Notes: generated by a model from the sequence alone, not told the origin. Counted from the whole stretch's first letter, positions 12,453 to 25,143 are shown. The stretch is 63,999 nucleotides of DNA, filler included, from Ionaspis alba (GCA_964255285.1; 14 parts of 14 records of this genome joined end to end with filler, not necessarily neighbours in it); one strand, 5' to 3'. Program-made: numbers and translations.

Positions 12453-13108
12453 CGAACAAACGAAACCTCCAATATCTGATTTTTGAGTTTCTTCTCTTCC
12501 TTCTGTCAAGGGCCTTAGCAATGATTGCTCACCTTTCTACCTTTGCAGGAATGATGAACTGGTGAACTATATACCAGTATTCTACTGGTATCTATTCGAG
12601 GTTCCTGAGAGGGAAAAGACCTGTCGTTAATCGCGCTTTAATCGGGCTTCAATCGATCTCTTAGCGTTTCATATTCAGGGTTACAGCTATCTTGTCACAA
12701 TTGATGCTTGCTACTACCTGTCCGAGAAAAATCTGTACACTTGGAATGTCTATCGGGTCAGCAGTCTGCTTCTTCTCGTACTGATTATTGGTGTCTGCAG
12801 CGGACATGATTAGACCTTTCATTGGGCCTTTGGTGGATACAGTGTAACGATTGGAGATGCTTATGGAAAATGTTTTCGTATTGGTCAATCGTTTTGAGGA
12901 TCTCCCGGTATTACGCGTGTTATATGGCACAAGCACTTTCGCTACGGAATACATTTTATTCGATTGATACATCTTTGGTCTTGCTGTGCCCAACGACAAC
13001 AATATACGCCAAGAGGAAGACACATGCCCCATTTCCTCTAAGACTACCATGCCGCCGATCCGAACGGCGACCGAACCATATCGAATATGGTCTTCATCAG
13101 ATAAACTA

Positions 13109-13982
13109 TCAACCCTTCTTACCCTTCTTCTTATCCGCGTTTGCACCTCTTCCTTTCCCCGCCCCTGCATCCGGTCCCCTGCCCAGCAAGCTCCTCGTCC
13201 GAATGTAATTATCCACGATACCTTGCAGATTGCCCCGATCATGCTTCGGCTTTCTAGAAGAAGTCATTGTCAGCCAAGACTCAAGACATCCCAACGTTGA
13301 AGCACCAAAGATGACCTTTCACATTGTCTTCGACCCTAATCGGAGCGTATACGTACCTGAAGTAATAAGCCCTCGCCCTCCTCACCCTCTTCTCCGCCCT
13401 CTGCACCACCTCCACACCCACAACATTCGGGCTGTATATTTTGACCCACATTTCCGTCCCCACTCTCGTCAATTGATTCCGCAATAATATCGCAGTATCG
13501 ACGCCTCGCCGCCTTATGTTCATGCATATTCCGGCAAATGGGTCCCCGGAGCGGAAGCGCACCAGCAGGATATCCCCAACTTTTGCGCTATCGAGATTTG
13601 TGCGCGCAAACAGCCGCGTACGTGAGGATGTGGGATCGAGGATGTTGAGTTGGGAAGCAGTTAGAGTTTGGAGTGGATTGGGACAGGCGGCTTTGGTAGA
13701 CGGTGGAGGTGGGTAGGTTTTAATCTTTCGAGGTGCTAAGATCAGTGGGTCAGCGTGACTTTGAGTAAGGAGAATACAGGGAAGTCTCGGGGGATTCTCC
13801 AAAGAGACTTCAAGACTAACCTGTTATTATAGAATCTGGACTTATGCCAGGAGGAAGTAAAGACGGTGGTGTTCTGTAATGTGAGAGGCCGGCGCTGGCG
13901 TAGCGGACCTGTGATTGCGGTTTGTGCGCGTGGCGGAGGAAAGCTTTCCAACAGACCAGAGGTCTTAGAGCGGGTGCTGAGG
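13109..13982 (-). CDS. IMG1: Mitochondrial ribosomal protein bL19m (5' truncated)
   Basis: KVGDILLVRF...FAGICMNIRRRGVDTAILLRNQLTRVGTEMWVKIYSP...RVRRARAYYFR|KPKHDRG is a ribosomal L19 signature. Confidence 0.9.
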
Positions 13983-14107
13983 NNNNNNNNNNNNNNNNNN
14001 NNNNNNNNNNNNNNNNNNNNNNNNNNTTAATTAATTAANNNNNNNNNNNNNNNNNNNNNNNNNNNNNNNNNNNNNNNNNNNNATACCAACACCTCAAACT
14101 CCCCACC

Positions 14108-15268
14108 CTAAAAGTCCTTGAACGGACACCCCTTCTCCACACTCTTCGCCCTAGTCTTCTCCTTCACCACCTCCGTCGTCAACTTCATCAACTGCTCCGC
14201 GAGTGCCATATCCTGCGCCATCTTACTCCCCGGTTCCGGAATCGCTGGCGGACAAATATACTCGCCGCTCTTAGTCGTCTTCGTGGAGGCAAACATCATG
14301 CTAACCGCGCCCTGGAAGTTATCTTTCTTGAACGGCTTCATCGCCCCGCTCATGATGTAGCCTGCTACGGGATACGGCTCGTGGATGTCCTCGGTGGACA
14401 TCTTCGTTTCGACGAAACCGGGGTGCGTGGCGTTGGCGAGGATGTTGGGGTGGGAGGAGGTGAGGTGCTTGTTGAGGTAGCGGGCGTAGAGGATGCCGGC
14501 GAGTTTGGAACGTCCGTAGGAGCCGTTGGGTCCTAGATCGGTGTTGAGCTCGTCCAAGCTGGCGAATTTGCAGTCGGAGGGAGTGCCTTGGTGCGCGTTG
14601 GAGGATTGGATGCCTATCCGGACTGTGTTGCCCTTCTCCGCGGTCTTCTTGAGAATGGGCATGAGGTGAGAATTGAGGACGACGTGCCCCATGTGGTTGA
14701 CGGCCATGTGGCGATCGACGCCGTACTCGGTGAGCTGGTAGGTCATGATGCCGCGGCCGGCGTTGTTGATGAGGATGTCGATGCGGTCGGTAGCCTCGGA
14801 GATTTGGTCGGCGACTTCTTTGACTTTGGCCCAGTCGCCCATGTCGCATTGGAACCAGGTGATTTTCTTAGCAACCTCGGCGCCCATCTCTTCCGTGATG
14901 ACTTTTTTGTCGTTGTCGACGACTTCTTGAGAGAGGGAGAGAATGTAGACGTGCTTGATGTTCTTGCTGAGCATGGTGTGGACGCAGCCCCAGCCGATAC
15001 CTTCTGAGCCGCCGGTGATCACGCAGACTTTGTCTGTGAGATCGGGGACTTCATCGAGGGAGAATTGGTGCTCTTTGGCAGCTAGCCCATGGGCTCCACT
15101 GAAGTTTTCGCTGAGCGTGCTCTTGACACCATCGACGATGGCCGACATGACTGCGGTTCTGTGGTGAGGTTTGGTTTGAATGAGGAGACGGGGAATGAGT
15201 TTGAAGTTCTTAGGAGTTCTGATAGACCTTTGAAGAAGACTTCTTTGAACACAACGGGTAGAAAACAT
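14108..15268 (-). CDS. bli-4: Short-chain dehydrogenase/reductase, orthologue of Neurospora blue-light-induced oxidoreductase Bli-4
   Basis: Motifs TGGSEGIG, NNAGRGIMT, YGVDRHMAVNHMGHVV, catalytic YGRSK, ATHPGFV..EDIHEPYP and a C-terminal KGCP. Arg-rich N-terminal presequence. Confidence 0.85.
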   Translation of the reverse strand: MFSTRCVQRSLLQRSIRTPKNFKLIPRLLIQTKPHHRTAVMSAIVDGVKSTLSENFSGAHGLAAKEHQFSLDEVPDLTDKVCVITGGSEGIGWGCVHTMLSKNIKHVYILSLSQEVVDNDKKVITEEMGAEVAKKITWFQCDMGDWAKVKEVADQISEATDRIDILINNAGRGIMTYQLTEYGVDRHMAVNHMGHVVLNSHLMPILKKTAEKGNTVRIGIQSSNAHQGTPSDCKFASLDELNTDLGPNGSYGRSKLAGILYARYLNKHLTSSHPNILANATHPGFVETKMSTEDIHEPYPVAGYIMSGAMKPFKKDNFQGAVSMMFASTKTTKSGEYICPPAIPEPGSKMAQDMALAEQLMKLTTEVVKEKTRAKSVEKGCPFKDF

Positions 15269-15813
15269 AGAGTGGGAGAGAGAATGAAAGTGAGAGGTTA
15301 TGGATGTTGACCTCGGTCACGGTTACAGCAATGACGTTGAACGACCAAGTCATGATGTTATGCCTTGGAGCACCCTGAATGATTGCAGCAAGTCCATTGG
15401 CCAATTCATCCTCCACATGTCTAGAAAATGAGAACATTCACTGGATGCCTACCTCTGCCATCTTACAAGTCAGCGCAAGGTTCTCACAAGGGTTGCACAG
15501 TGATTGATCGGATCCGATGGAATTTTGAAGAACGTGTTGCAATCGCGTCGATCTTAAGATCTCGCAGCGCGTGTAGATTGCGCTAACTGTTCTAGTCAGG
15601 GGTTTACTTATATCGCGCAATGTGCCTTGATCAGCATAAGGAGGGGTTTATTATATGCGCTCAAGAAAGGCACACTGTGGAGTCCACAGGATGGAGTTGT
15701 GTGAAAGTCCTATGCTTCTCACTCCAACGAAGAAGGACAATAGATGCTTGCCTTCACTCATACACTGTTGCATACCAACACCACACGCTATGCTACCATC
15801 AAGCTTTTAAGCA

Positions 15814-18342
15814 TCACTTCAAATACTCCCTACTCCGCCATTTAGGTATAGATTCGCCACGATCCTCCTTCTGTGCCCTATCAACAATCTTCACTGCCGT
15901 CTCCTCTACATCACTTCCAACACGCCAGGCCATCAATACCACGCCTTTATCATCCATTATTGCTTTTGCCCGCTTCCACCTCCGTTTCCAGAGTTCCTCC
16001 TTCTTATTCACAGGTGATACAACGGTGTCATCGGTACCAGTGTCCCCAGTCCAAAGCCGGTTGGTGGCGTATTGCGCAGCAACGGCTGGATAGGATGTCA
16101 GACCCCTTCGAGGAGGCACGATAGGTGCTAATCGTGAGGATGCCGCTGTGGACAGTCCGCGCTCGCCACCTGCGCTTGGTTGAGCTGGTGCGTGCTGGGG
16201 TGTCCCGTTCCAATATGCTGTCGCAGAGGGAAGATGATTGTAAGCGCTCGCAACCTTGCTTCTGACAGCTGAAGTGTAGCCTTTCCGCTCAGTAGATGCT
16301 CCTCTGCCAGCGGTAGAGGTGCTATTTTGCGCTTGAGATAGAGGGGATGGTGCCGGTAGGCGATCATTGTCTTGCGACATTGAATATTTCCGAGGCTTAG
16401 GTGGCGGTAGTGGTCGCTGACGCGTGGGTAAAGTTTTCGACTCGCCAGAAATACTCCGCAGCGCAACTGGCTTCGCCGGACGAGTTGGAGGTAGGGACTT
16501 GAACGATGATATGGAACTGTGCCGCTCTGAGTCATCCAATGGATCCGTTGATGAACGAGATGGTTTCTGTGGCTCTGGTTCATCATCAAAATCTATTAGT
16601 TGACCCATGCGTGGGCCTTCAGAAGGCACCTCGGCAGCTTGAGTCAGAGGTCGCGGAGGTAAAGCTGGTCTGCGTTGAACGTGCTTGTTAGGAGAAACAT
16701 CTGCGCTTTTAGTCGTCTTCCGGACTGCCGATCTGGGACTTCGCTCTCCACCCAACGAGCTTGAGGAAGGATCAAAGAAACCTTGAGTCGGAGAAGTCGT
16801 AACATCTCTAATAAAAACAGCAAGGATTCGACCAGGATTGGCCAGCACAATATCGGTGTAGAGCTCTAGATCGGCTTCTCCACTATCGCCAACCAGAATA
16901 AATCGTCGTTCTGGAAAGTCTCGCATGATTCTATCCAGTGTGCCCTTCTTTCTCTCAGCCACTGGCTCAAAGATACCTTGCAACATGCCGGAATACTGCT
17001 TCAGGTGGAAAGATCCACGCGGCAACCCTGCACCAGCGAAGAACGAGACCAAAACTGGATAGAGCTGCCAGGGAGAATTGGACACGTAGTGTAGCTTGAC
17101 GCCCATTTCTGACATCTTGCCATACCATTCCTTCACTCCATCAATGGTCAAATCTCCCAGATCTCGAATGAACGTGTTTCGGAAGATCTCTTTGGCGCCA
17201 CGACCAATAGACGAATGCTTGATCGTATCATCGATGTCACTGATCAGGCTAACGCCTGTAGGCTCTGTGATGATAACTTCTTCAGTCGCAGACAAGTTCG
17301 TGGAAGCAAGCACTCGGACATGAGTAGGCACAAACTCTAGGGCTGCTCGACAATTGAAATGACCGGCTTCATTGGTGGTAGTGGTTCGGGACTGAGAGGT
17401 GCTGTCGTTGTAAAAGAATATCGTTAGAGGTACATTGACGGAAGGATTTGTAAGAAATGGCTTTAGCCTTGCCATCAAATGGTTATTGGCGACTGCAAGC
17501 TCGGCGGGAGACATATCGGCAGGTTGGTTCCATGAAGCCCGTTTGTCGAGATGTCCTGGTCCTGGAGCGTCGTCTCGATCTACCTCAGTTGGAGTGTTCG
17601 CTCCGCTCAGTCTCGGTGAAGAAGACCGGCTATCACCAGCTTCACTGTAGATACTGGATCTATCAGGCCCTTCACTGTAACCACCACGCCCAGCTACATC
17701 TGCTTCTCGTCGTCCTCGCTGCGAGATCTGCCGTGCTTCCTTCTCGACCAGTTCTTCCTCATGCTGGGCAGCCTTGTCCCGGTGTCTACTTGTGGCTCGA
17801 CTGTTGGCTTGACTCCCTGTGGCTGGTGCAGGAATTCCACTGAGATGTCTTGCAATACCAAAAAGTAGTCTATTCTTTCTTGTCATGGGCCCCGTGTGCG
17901 GAGAGTAGATCCAGCCCCTTATGTCAACATCCACCACAGCATTTGCGTCTTCATATATCTCCCACTCTTTCCGCCAGTATTCCGCATCTCCAGAAGTAGA
18001 GTCGTCACGCAGATCCCGAGTTCCTGGTGGACTTTGGTGCTTCGGGGTCTTGGCCTTGTCTTTTTTAGTATGCTGGCGAGCATAACTCGGAAACAGAACC
18101 ATCTCCTCTACTCCACTCCGAGCGACTACCATTTCTGGAAATGCTCCCGGTATTCCCGCTTCATCCTCGTCGACTTCTCCATCATTCTGACCACGTGCTG
18201 CATATGCATTCTGGTAGGACTGCCTGAGATCGTTTGCAGCCTTCAGATAGCCAGCAAGCTTCTTCCGCCTTGAGCCCCTCTCTGCACCTGACCCCAAACC
18301 ATCTGTATTCAACACACCCGCAAGATCTCCTGTTTGTGACAT
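15814..18342 (-). CDS. APP1: Phosphatidate phosphatase APP1 (actin patch protein)
   Basis: Intronless 842-aa ORF with GVSLISDIDDTIK (DxDxT motif), YVSNSPWQLY and FILVGDSGEADLE, followed by a Pro-rich C-terminal half. Confidence 0.9.
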   Translation of the reverse strand: MSQTGDLAGVLNTDGLGSGAERGSRRKKLAGYLKAANDLRQSYQNAYAARGQNDGEVDEDEAGIPGAFPEMVVARSGVEEMVLFPSYARQHTKKDKAKTPKHQSPPGTRDLRDDSTSGDAEYWRKEWEIYEDANAVVDVDIRGWIYSPHTGPMTRKNRLLFGIARHLSGIPAPATGSQANSRATSRHRDKAAQHEEELVEKEARQISQRGRREADVAGRGGYSEGPDRSSIYSEAGDSRSSSPRLSGANTPTEVDRDDAPGPGHLDKRASWNQPADMSPAELAVANNHLMARLKPFLTNPSVNVPLTIFFYNDSTSQSRTTTTNEAGHFNCRAALEFVPTHVRVLASTNLSATEEVIITEPTGVSLISDIDDTIKHSSIGRGAKEIFRNTFIRDLGDLTIDGVKEWYGKMSEMGVKLHYVSNSPWQLYPVLVSFFAGAGLPRGSFHLKQYSGMLQGIFEPVAERKKGTLDRIMRDFPERRFILVGDSGEADLELYTDIVLANPGRILAVFIRDVTTSPTQGFFDPSSSSLGGERSPRSAVRKTTKSADVSPNKHVQRRPALPPRPLTQAAEVPSEGPRMGQLIDFDDEPEPQKPSRSSTDPLDDSERHSSISSFKSLPPTRPAKPVALRSISGESKTLPTRQRPLPPPKPRKYSMSQDNDRLPAPSPLSQAQNSTSTAGRGASTERKGYTSAVRSKVASAYNHLPSATAYWNGTPQHAPAQPSAGGERGLSTAASSRLAPIVPPRRGLTSYPAVAAQYATNRLWTGDTGTDDTVVSPVNKKEELWKRRWKRAKAIMDDKGVVLMAWRVGSDVEETAVKIVDRAQKEDRGESIPKWRSREYLK

Positions 18343-18754
18343 CTTGCCCGCTGCCCCAACTGCATCTCTTATTCCTAGCCTACCGAAGATCGTACGCTTC
18401 TTTCTGCGCAGTAGTGCGATGATTCCTTTTCCAGCCGCTCTTTTTCGACGAGCCTGTGCCTGACGATCGACAATGAGATTATAGATCCTTGAGTGAGTGC
18501 GTTGTCGGTAGAATGGGATTGTGTCGTGCCTGAAATCTGATAGACGAGCTCGTGCTCGTTGGCGCGTGTGAGGAAAGAGGTATCGCAGGAAGGATAAAGT
18601 GTTTCGTGAATGACTCGCAGGACGAAGTCGTGGAAATAGTGGAGGCGCCAGCTTNNNNNNNNNNNNNNNNNNNNNNNNNNNNNNNNNNNNNNNNNNNNTT
18701 AATTAATTAANNNNNNNNNNNNNNNNNNNNNNNNNNNNNNNNNNNNNNNNNNNN

Positions 18755-20559
18755 CCCGCCTCAGTCCTCATGCCAAATCCACTCCCAAACCCACTTCCAA
18801 ACCCCCTTCGCCAAAGTCCACCCGTGTTCGTACGCTTGCGCCCCGAATCCTGTTTTTCCTCCGCATCAGAAGATTTGAACGCCCGACGGCGGTTACCAAG
18901 CGCAGCCCACTTATCCAGAATAGAGCGTTTCGCAGGCGGCGACGAGGTCTTTGCCGGAGGGGAGTAGAGCGGGAATTTATAGGCAGTCCTGGGCACAGCC
19001 TCGAACGAATCACGATCTTCGCTCCGACGGGTGGTGTCTGTTGGAGCGCCGAAGATAGGCTGAGCAGGTGTCTGGGTCCTGGAATTGAGGAATGAAGCGT
19101 CCTTGACTTCGACGAGACCCTGGCGGTCGGCACTGATGGTGAGATCCTCGTCGATGGTTTCGGAGCTCCAGTTGCGTCCATTGAATTGGCGGCGTGCGTC
19201 TTCGAGAGAGTCTTCTTCGTCTTCGTCCCAGAGGTCGCTCCAGGATTTCGAGACCATGGCGTCGTTCTTGCTAAAGACGGAGGACATAGCTGGAACGGGC
19301 TTGGCGGCGCTGATGGGCAGGGAGCCGGTGACGGGGATAGGATCTGGACGAGGTGGGTTGCGGGGTTTGGGCTCGCGGAGGTTCATTGATTTGATGGAGG
19401 CGCCGAGGGTGGAGTCGAGGACGGAGGCAAGAGATGGGGTTTGCTCGGGAAGCGTGTACCATTGCGACGAGCCTTTGTCGGAGACAGGGAACAGATCGTC
19501 GGTGTAGCTTTCCGTGTCGGGGATGGCCGACAGTTGACGGGCCGCGGATTGAGGGGGGCTCATGTGGAGAGCCTTAGCCCATGGGAACGCGCCTCCTTGT
19601 TCGACGGGAGGGCTTTGGATCGACGGTGTTCGGAGAGGTTGACGATTGGCGCTGGCGGGGACGACTTCTCTGTCCTCGGTGCAGAATTCGTCGAAGAGAT
19701 CGTCGTCGGTGGTGAAACTGATGACGCGGCAGAGGGCTTCGCGGACAGCGGACAGAGAGCGTTTCTTGGGTTCGATGGCCATGGCGTGGACGAGGACTTC
19801 GAAGGTGTCTTGAGACATGTTGGGGAAGACATCGAAGAGCGACTGCTTGTCTCGGACGAAGTCGGCGAACAGAATATCAGACTCGGATGGAGTGACGAAT
19901 GGATTGCGGCAGAAGAGGATGTTCAGGAGACAGATACCAATGGCCCAGATGTCGGCATCGGCTGGGCAGTAGCCATTGTCGGCGGGATCGTACTGCTCCG
20001 GAGCCATGTACCTGTCGCTGCCAACGGAAGACTCATAAGTCCAAGTCTCAGTGGTTGAGAGTCCGAAGTCACCGAGTTTCATTGATCCATCCTGAGCGAG
20101 GAAGATGTTCTCTGGCTTGATGTCGCGATGGTATAGACCTTTGGAATGCATGAACTCAACGGCACTGACAAGTTGAAGCATGAACTCCCGAACGTGCTCA
20201 GTCTCAAGCGGACCACGACCAACACGAATGGCTTCATAAAGATCACCCATAGAACAAAACTCCAACACCAAGTACATGTGGGCGTCCGTCTCGAAAGCAT
20301 GGATGAGGTTGACAATGTTCGGATGATAGCCAAGGCGATCGTGGCAAGCGAGTTCCAAGAGGTGATCGTTGCCAGAAAAGGTAGGACAAGCGCTATCGGT
20401 TGAAGACTTGGTCAAGCACTTGATAGCCACGAGTTCGCCGTTTGTATTGTCCCTGGCCAAGAACACCATACCGAAAGATCCATGATTGAGAGGAGAAACA
20501 GCCTCGAAACGACCGTCTAGCAACATACCCTCGACAAAACCATCTTTCATACAAGCCAT
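18755..20559 (-). CDS. KSP1: Ser/Thr protein kinase, KSP1/Ran1-like (3' truncated)
   Basis: EGMLLDGRF..LNHGSFGMV, VAIK, YHRDIKPEN, DFGL, GSDRYMAPE and DIWAIG. Downstream SKSWSDLWDE motif. Confidence 0.8.
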
Positions 20560-23411
20560 AGTAAACCCAGTGTAGAGAATCGTAGGTAAGACAACCGGAA
20601 GACCAAAGTAATGATGCTGAAAGATAATCGAATAGATACCGTGGTAGGAAGCAGAAGACCCCTTCACCAAGTGCCCGACCAGTTACACCGTTGCCGAAAG
20701 TCGATTACAAGGCGATGGAACTTTGATTGAACCCGGCGCCGTGTAAAGTCGAAGCAAAGGAAACAAAGCTAGCAGTCGTGCAGTCGAGTCAAGAGGCTGA
20801 AAAGTGGTATGGATTCGAAGAACAGGCCCGAGGAGGAAAACAAACAAACAACGCTGAAACCGCTAGATACACCTCTCCACCCGACGCTCATAGGAACAAG
20901 CAAAACTCCGGGTCGTTTTTCTTTTCAGGTTTTCTTCATGTACAGTTGAATAAGAATAGGGTTTGGAAAAAAACAGAACACAAGAAGGTCGAGTAGGGAA
21001 ATCGGCTGGAAGTAGCACCGTCTAGGCGGCTGAAGCGCTGAACGTGCAAGGAAACCCGAAGAGACGTTATGTTGGCATGATATTATGAAAGGGTTGTACG
21101 TTCGAAGGCGTTCGGAACGAAGGCTCGAAGGGGAGAACAAGGAAACTGGACCGAAGGAAGGGACGTCGAGAGTTGGTCGACTGGAGGCGTATAGACAGTT
21201 TATCGTAGAGTCGTGACAGAGACAGGAAGGAAAGATGGGTTGGTGGATGGGTTGACGTAGACCGATCGATGGAGCTTGGTAAGTGTGACTAATTGCTGGA
21301 AGACTGGCTGCCTGTAGCTCGAATGGGTTGCCTGTTTATCGAGAAGAGGCGGAGGCCTCCAGCATACAATACCAGAACTAACTTCGTCGAGATTCGATCA
21401 GTCTTGGTTATGGAATTGAACCTCAAAATAGGTTGTCGATGAGGAGAAAGCCCGTTGAGGTTGTCGAGTCGATCGAGTCCAAGCGAGGCTGCAGGATCGA
21501 GGTGAACGGAGCTAGTGAGTCTGGCCAAAAGGATTATATCGTGAAGTTGGGTTGTAGAGGACCAGTGAGTTTGTGATGGGTAGCGGAATTGAGATGATGG
21601 TAGATGGAGGAGGGAGTATTAGAGATGGTTGAGGCTGGTGGTGGTGGTTTCAATGCGGCGGTTGACGAGACTTGGTAGAGGAGGGTCGGAGAGTGGCGGG
21701 TAGAGCGAGTATAAAGGACAACAAGGTAGAGAGGGGATCGGAGGTAACAATGACTATGAGAGGAAGGAGGAGGTTTGTCTGTTGGCTGGCTCTCTTAGAT
21801 CATCATCGAGTGGGGAAAGGGAGATGTTGGATCAGATGTTTTGAAGCAGAATCATAGCTTGGGTCTTGTAGCTCGAGGAGAGAGAAGAGAGAAGAGGGAA
21901 AGCTGCCGCCGGTTTGACCAACACAACAAAGTGGGAAGGAGCGCTAACCCGCATGAAGAAAAGCGCCACATTCCACTTGGCTGCGCTTGGCGACAGCAGC
22001 TTTCGAGTTAGTGCCTTCGTGGTTAGTGGCTCTGACTGGGTGACGGGTCTAACAGGGTGCTAGCGGTTATTTTGATACGTCGAGGCCTCCTGACCTGCGT
22101 CGTCGGTTCATCCNNNNNNNNNNNNNNNNNNNNNNNNNNNNNNNNNNNNNNNNNNNNNNNNNNNNNNNNNNNNNNNNNNNNNNNNNNNNNNNNNNNNNNN
22201 NNNNNNNNNNNNNATACCAGTCGGGTACGTATCTCGAATTCGGTTTGCCCCAGACTTGGTGATACTTGTTCTCAACACTACTTAGACGAATGCGGTTGAC
22301 AGCATTGTACCACATCACCTCATGATCACTCCACTGTCACCTTTCGCCACAGCACTAGCTATTATTAACAACCCGTCGTAATCACATCAAAGACCACGCT
22401 GTCGCATGACCACGGCAACAATCACCCTCAACAATGTCACCATCCTTCCATCACTTTCCATCTCAATAATTACCCCGCGAACGGCACCCAGCAACCCACG
22501 GTCGGCACAGTCATGCCCCTCAACACTTCACCTAATTCCAGCCCGGACAAGGCCGCTCAGTGGCCAGAGCTCGCCCCAAGGCAATCGGCGTGCCGCAAAA
22601 ACAAGGGACGATCCACCCCCCTCCCCAGCGCCATGGAGGAATGGGGAAATTGCGACCCCAACTAATCCAGTCATTTTGGGGCCACTAATATCGCCATCGG
22701 GAGATAAGAGACCATTTGGGGCTGGACCTAACTGTCACTAATTCATTGGGCTTGATCATGACGGCAGGGGAAGGGGCAGCTGGCTCTGCTCTTTGTTTCG
22801 CTTTGAGGAAGAGGCGGAGGGCCACGTCTGTCAAATCAGGGGAGCTGGTGCCACACCCTCTTTGCTGGCAGCGATATCCGACTTCTTGCCTGGCGTGCAT
22901 AGGGATGGAAAGCATAAATTGCTTGTGTTCTGGAATTTATGCTGCAACTGCTGATCTGCACGGGCGGTGAACGGGGCTTTTTTTTTGGCTGGAGGGCGAT
23001 CATGGAAGGATGCTCTGCTCTTCCAGGCCAGTCTCGATGCTTTTGCAAAGAAGCAAAGAAATGAAATGCATACACGAGGATAGTCAGAGCCGTTCTAGCA
23101 GACTCTTCAATGTTTACAAGACGCTGGTAAAGCAATGCTGTATCGAAACCACTGCTTTCCCCACAAGTATTCGTGTCACGAATCTCTCACAGCTATAAGC
23201 GCCATTATTGCATCCTCAGTCTCATCCTCCATTGGCACTCGTTTCACTGCCCCATGAAACCAAGCAAAGAACAATCAAAGCCCAGCATGTCCGACACTCC
23301 CCACAAGACTTNNNNNNNNNNNNNNNNNNNNNNNNNNNNNNNNNNNNNNNNNNNNTTAATTAATTAANNNNNNNNNNNNNNNNNNNNNNNNNNNNNNNNN
23401 NNNNNNNNNNN

Positions 23412-24060
23412 ACATGGAACACAGTCCCCGTAAATGCAAGTACTTTAAGTATAAATGAATTCGATGCAAGATGCGACAGAAGGAGTTAACATCACGAACC
23501 ACATGATTGCTGGTTCGATGAAGGAATGATCAATATGACACTGGTTGCATCGTTGAGGCAGACAATGTTAGAGAAGCCCTAAACACTGGAACGTTTTGGA
23601 CAATCAAGGAGCGGACTGACAGAGAAAAGATGACTCCGCAAAGCCCAGTGCTAATGACCACTTCTATAGTGCCCCAATTCTTTCCCGTCAAGACGAACAG
23701 GTCACTCGCAAAAGTAATCCCAGGCAGCAGGTTCGTGAAGAAGACATAGACGGCACTGGCAAAGACCAATTGATTGAACACGGTCCAATCGGAGACGTAA
23801 CGTTTACCCAGATTCTGGAGATCCTGCCTAAGTAGTCGGAATGGTCTCAAAGGTCCTCCCGAAGCTACAGATCCACGGAGTAATTGTATGGGCTTCGGCG
23901 TATGCTTAGAGGGCGTGATGGATGAATGATCTGCCTCTTCTAAAATCGTCTCCGATGTTGCTCCTGTAGCAGGATGGGTTCGTCGCCGTATATTGACGGA
24001 CCTTCGCCGAAGCATGCCTGCCCGTGTTGAGGGGGGTTTGAAGGCTGATATGATAGTCAT
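23412..24060 (-). CDS. HCO3-/borate transporter family (BOR1/SLC4-like), 5' part only
   Basis: RYVSDWTVFNQLVFASAVYVFFTNLLPGITFASDL...NWGTIEVVISTGLCGVIFSL is the start of an SLC4/BOR1 membrane domain. The contig ends downstream. Confidence 0.8.
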
Positions 24061-24990
24061 CGTTACGACAGAACCCTTTCCTTCGACTCATGTAGTGTAT
24101 ACCATGATCGAAAGACAGCGCCTGGGTGTCTCCTTCGCACTGGTCACTTTGAGATCCAAAAGAACTTTAAGATTACTACTGTCGTGGAGTGCTTGAGTGT
24201 GGTGCAGCCCCTCGAGCAAATGTAAGCAACCGATGACGTCCACCTTTGGCAGATGTCAAGGAACCTTAAGTTAGCGTACTCACCTTAATTCCATCCAACG
24301 TTGTCTCCGCATAACATAATTGTATACATATAATGTCTTATGCTCCATAACGCCATAAAAATCCTTCCATGTTGCTCCGATTCATCTCCCCGTACTCCCA
24401 AACCCCGAGCAAGAGAAGAGTCAAAGGGCAGCGTTCAGCACCAAAACAACTAGCTCGATCGAGGATTTCAATCGCGCAATATAAGGTCCTTCTTGCCGGT
24501 GTAGCTCCACTGCGCAGGAAGGGAGAAAGGAGAGAAAGAAATGCGAGACTATCCATAGATGGAGTCTAGACTGAGGTTTTCGGCACCCAGCACGAGGCTT
24601 GTCCGCGCCCATAAGGTGGAATTCATTGACTGGTTCCCCTTGGTCTATTGGGCCATATGGTATCAAGGCCGCCACCGATGCTACTCTGGGGCTCTGCAGG
24701 GACTTGACTCGTCAGGGGTACTCAAGGCATTGTTGCCAAAGCGCTCTCCGTATTTGTCGTTATCTTCCTTCAGCGCGTCTCTTTATGAGGTGGCGCATCT
24801 CAGCCTTGCGCCAGGTCGGGCAACGAGACTCAGTCTATACCCATCCAGTGTGAGAATGGCCAAATACAGTGAAGTATGGGATATTCAAGGGGGGAGCCCC
24901 ATGATTGCGCCTTGTGGTTCTGCTGGTTAACCATCTCTTCCTCTCCATCCCTTTCCCTTCGTCTCTGCACACCCCTCATGCCTCCTGCCT

Positions 24991-24999
24991 TATATAAAA
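24991..24999 (+). promoter_or_regulatory. TATA box of the CFEM-like gene
   Basis: TATATAAAA following a CT-rich tract, about 150 nt upstream of the ATG at 25144. Confidence 0.5.
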
Positions 25000-25143
25000 T
25001 CTTACTTCATTCAGCGACTCTCCAAAGGCGACTACACTGGCTTTTATGATATCTGATTGCTGAATACTGCGTCCTCCTTTTGTATTTAGCTGCTGCGCAT
25101 CGTGCACGTTGCGAAAAGCGGATCCACTCTACTATCACCCGCC

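Noticed and set aside
11602..13982. SDH3 next to IMG1 as a mitochondrial gene cluster
   Set aside because: Two adjacent genes for mitochondrial proteins can easily occur by chance. No shared element was seen.
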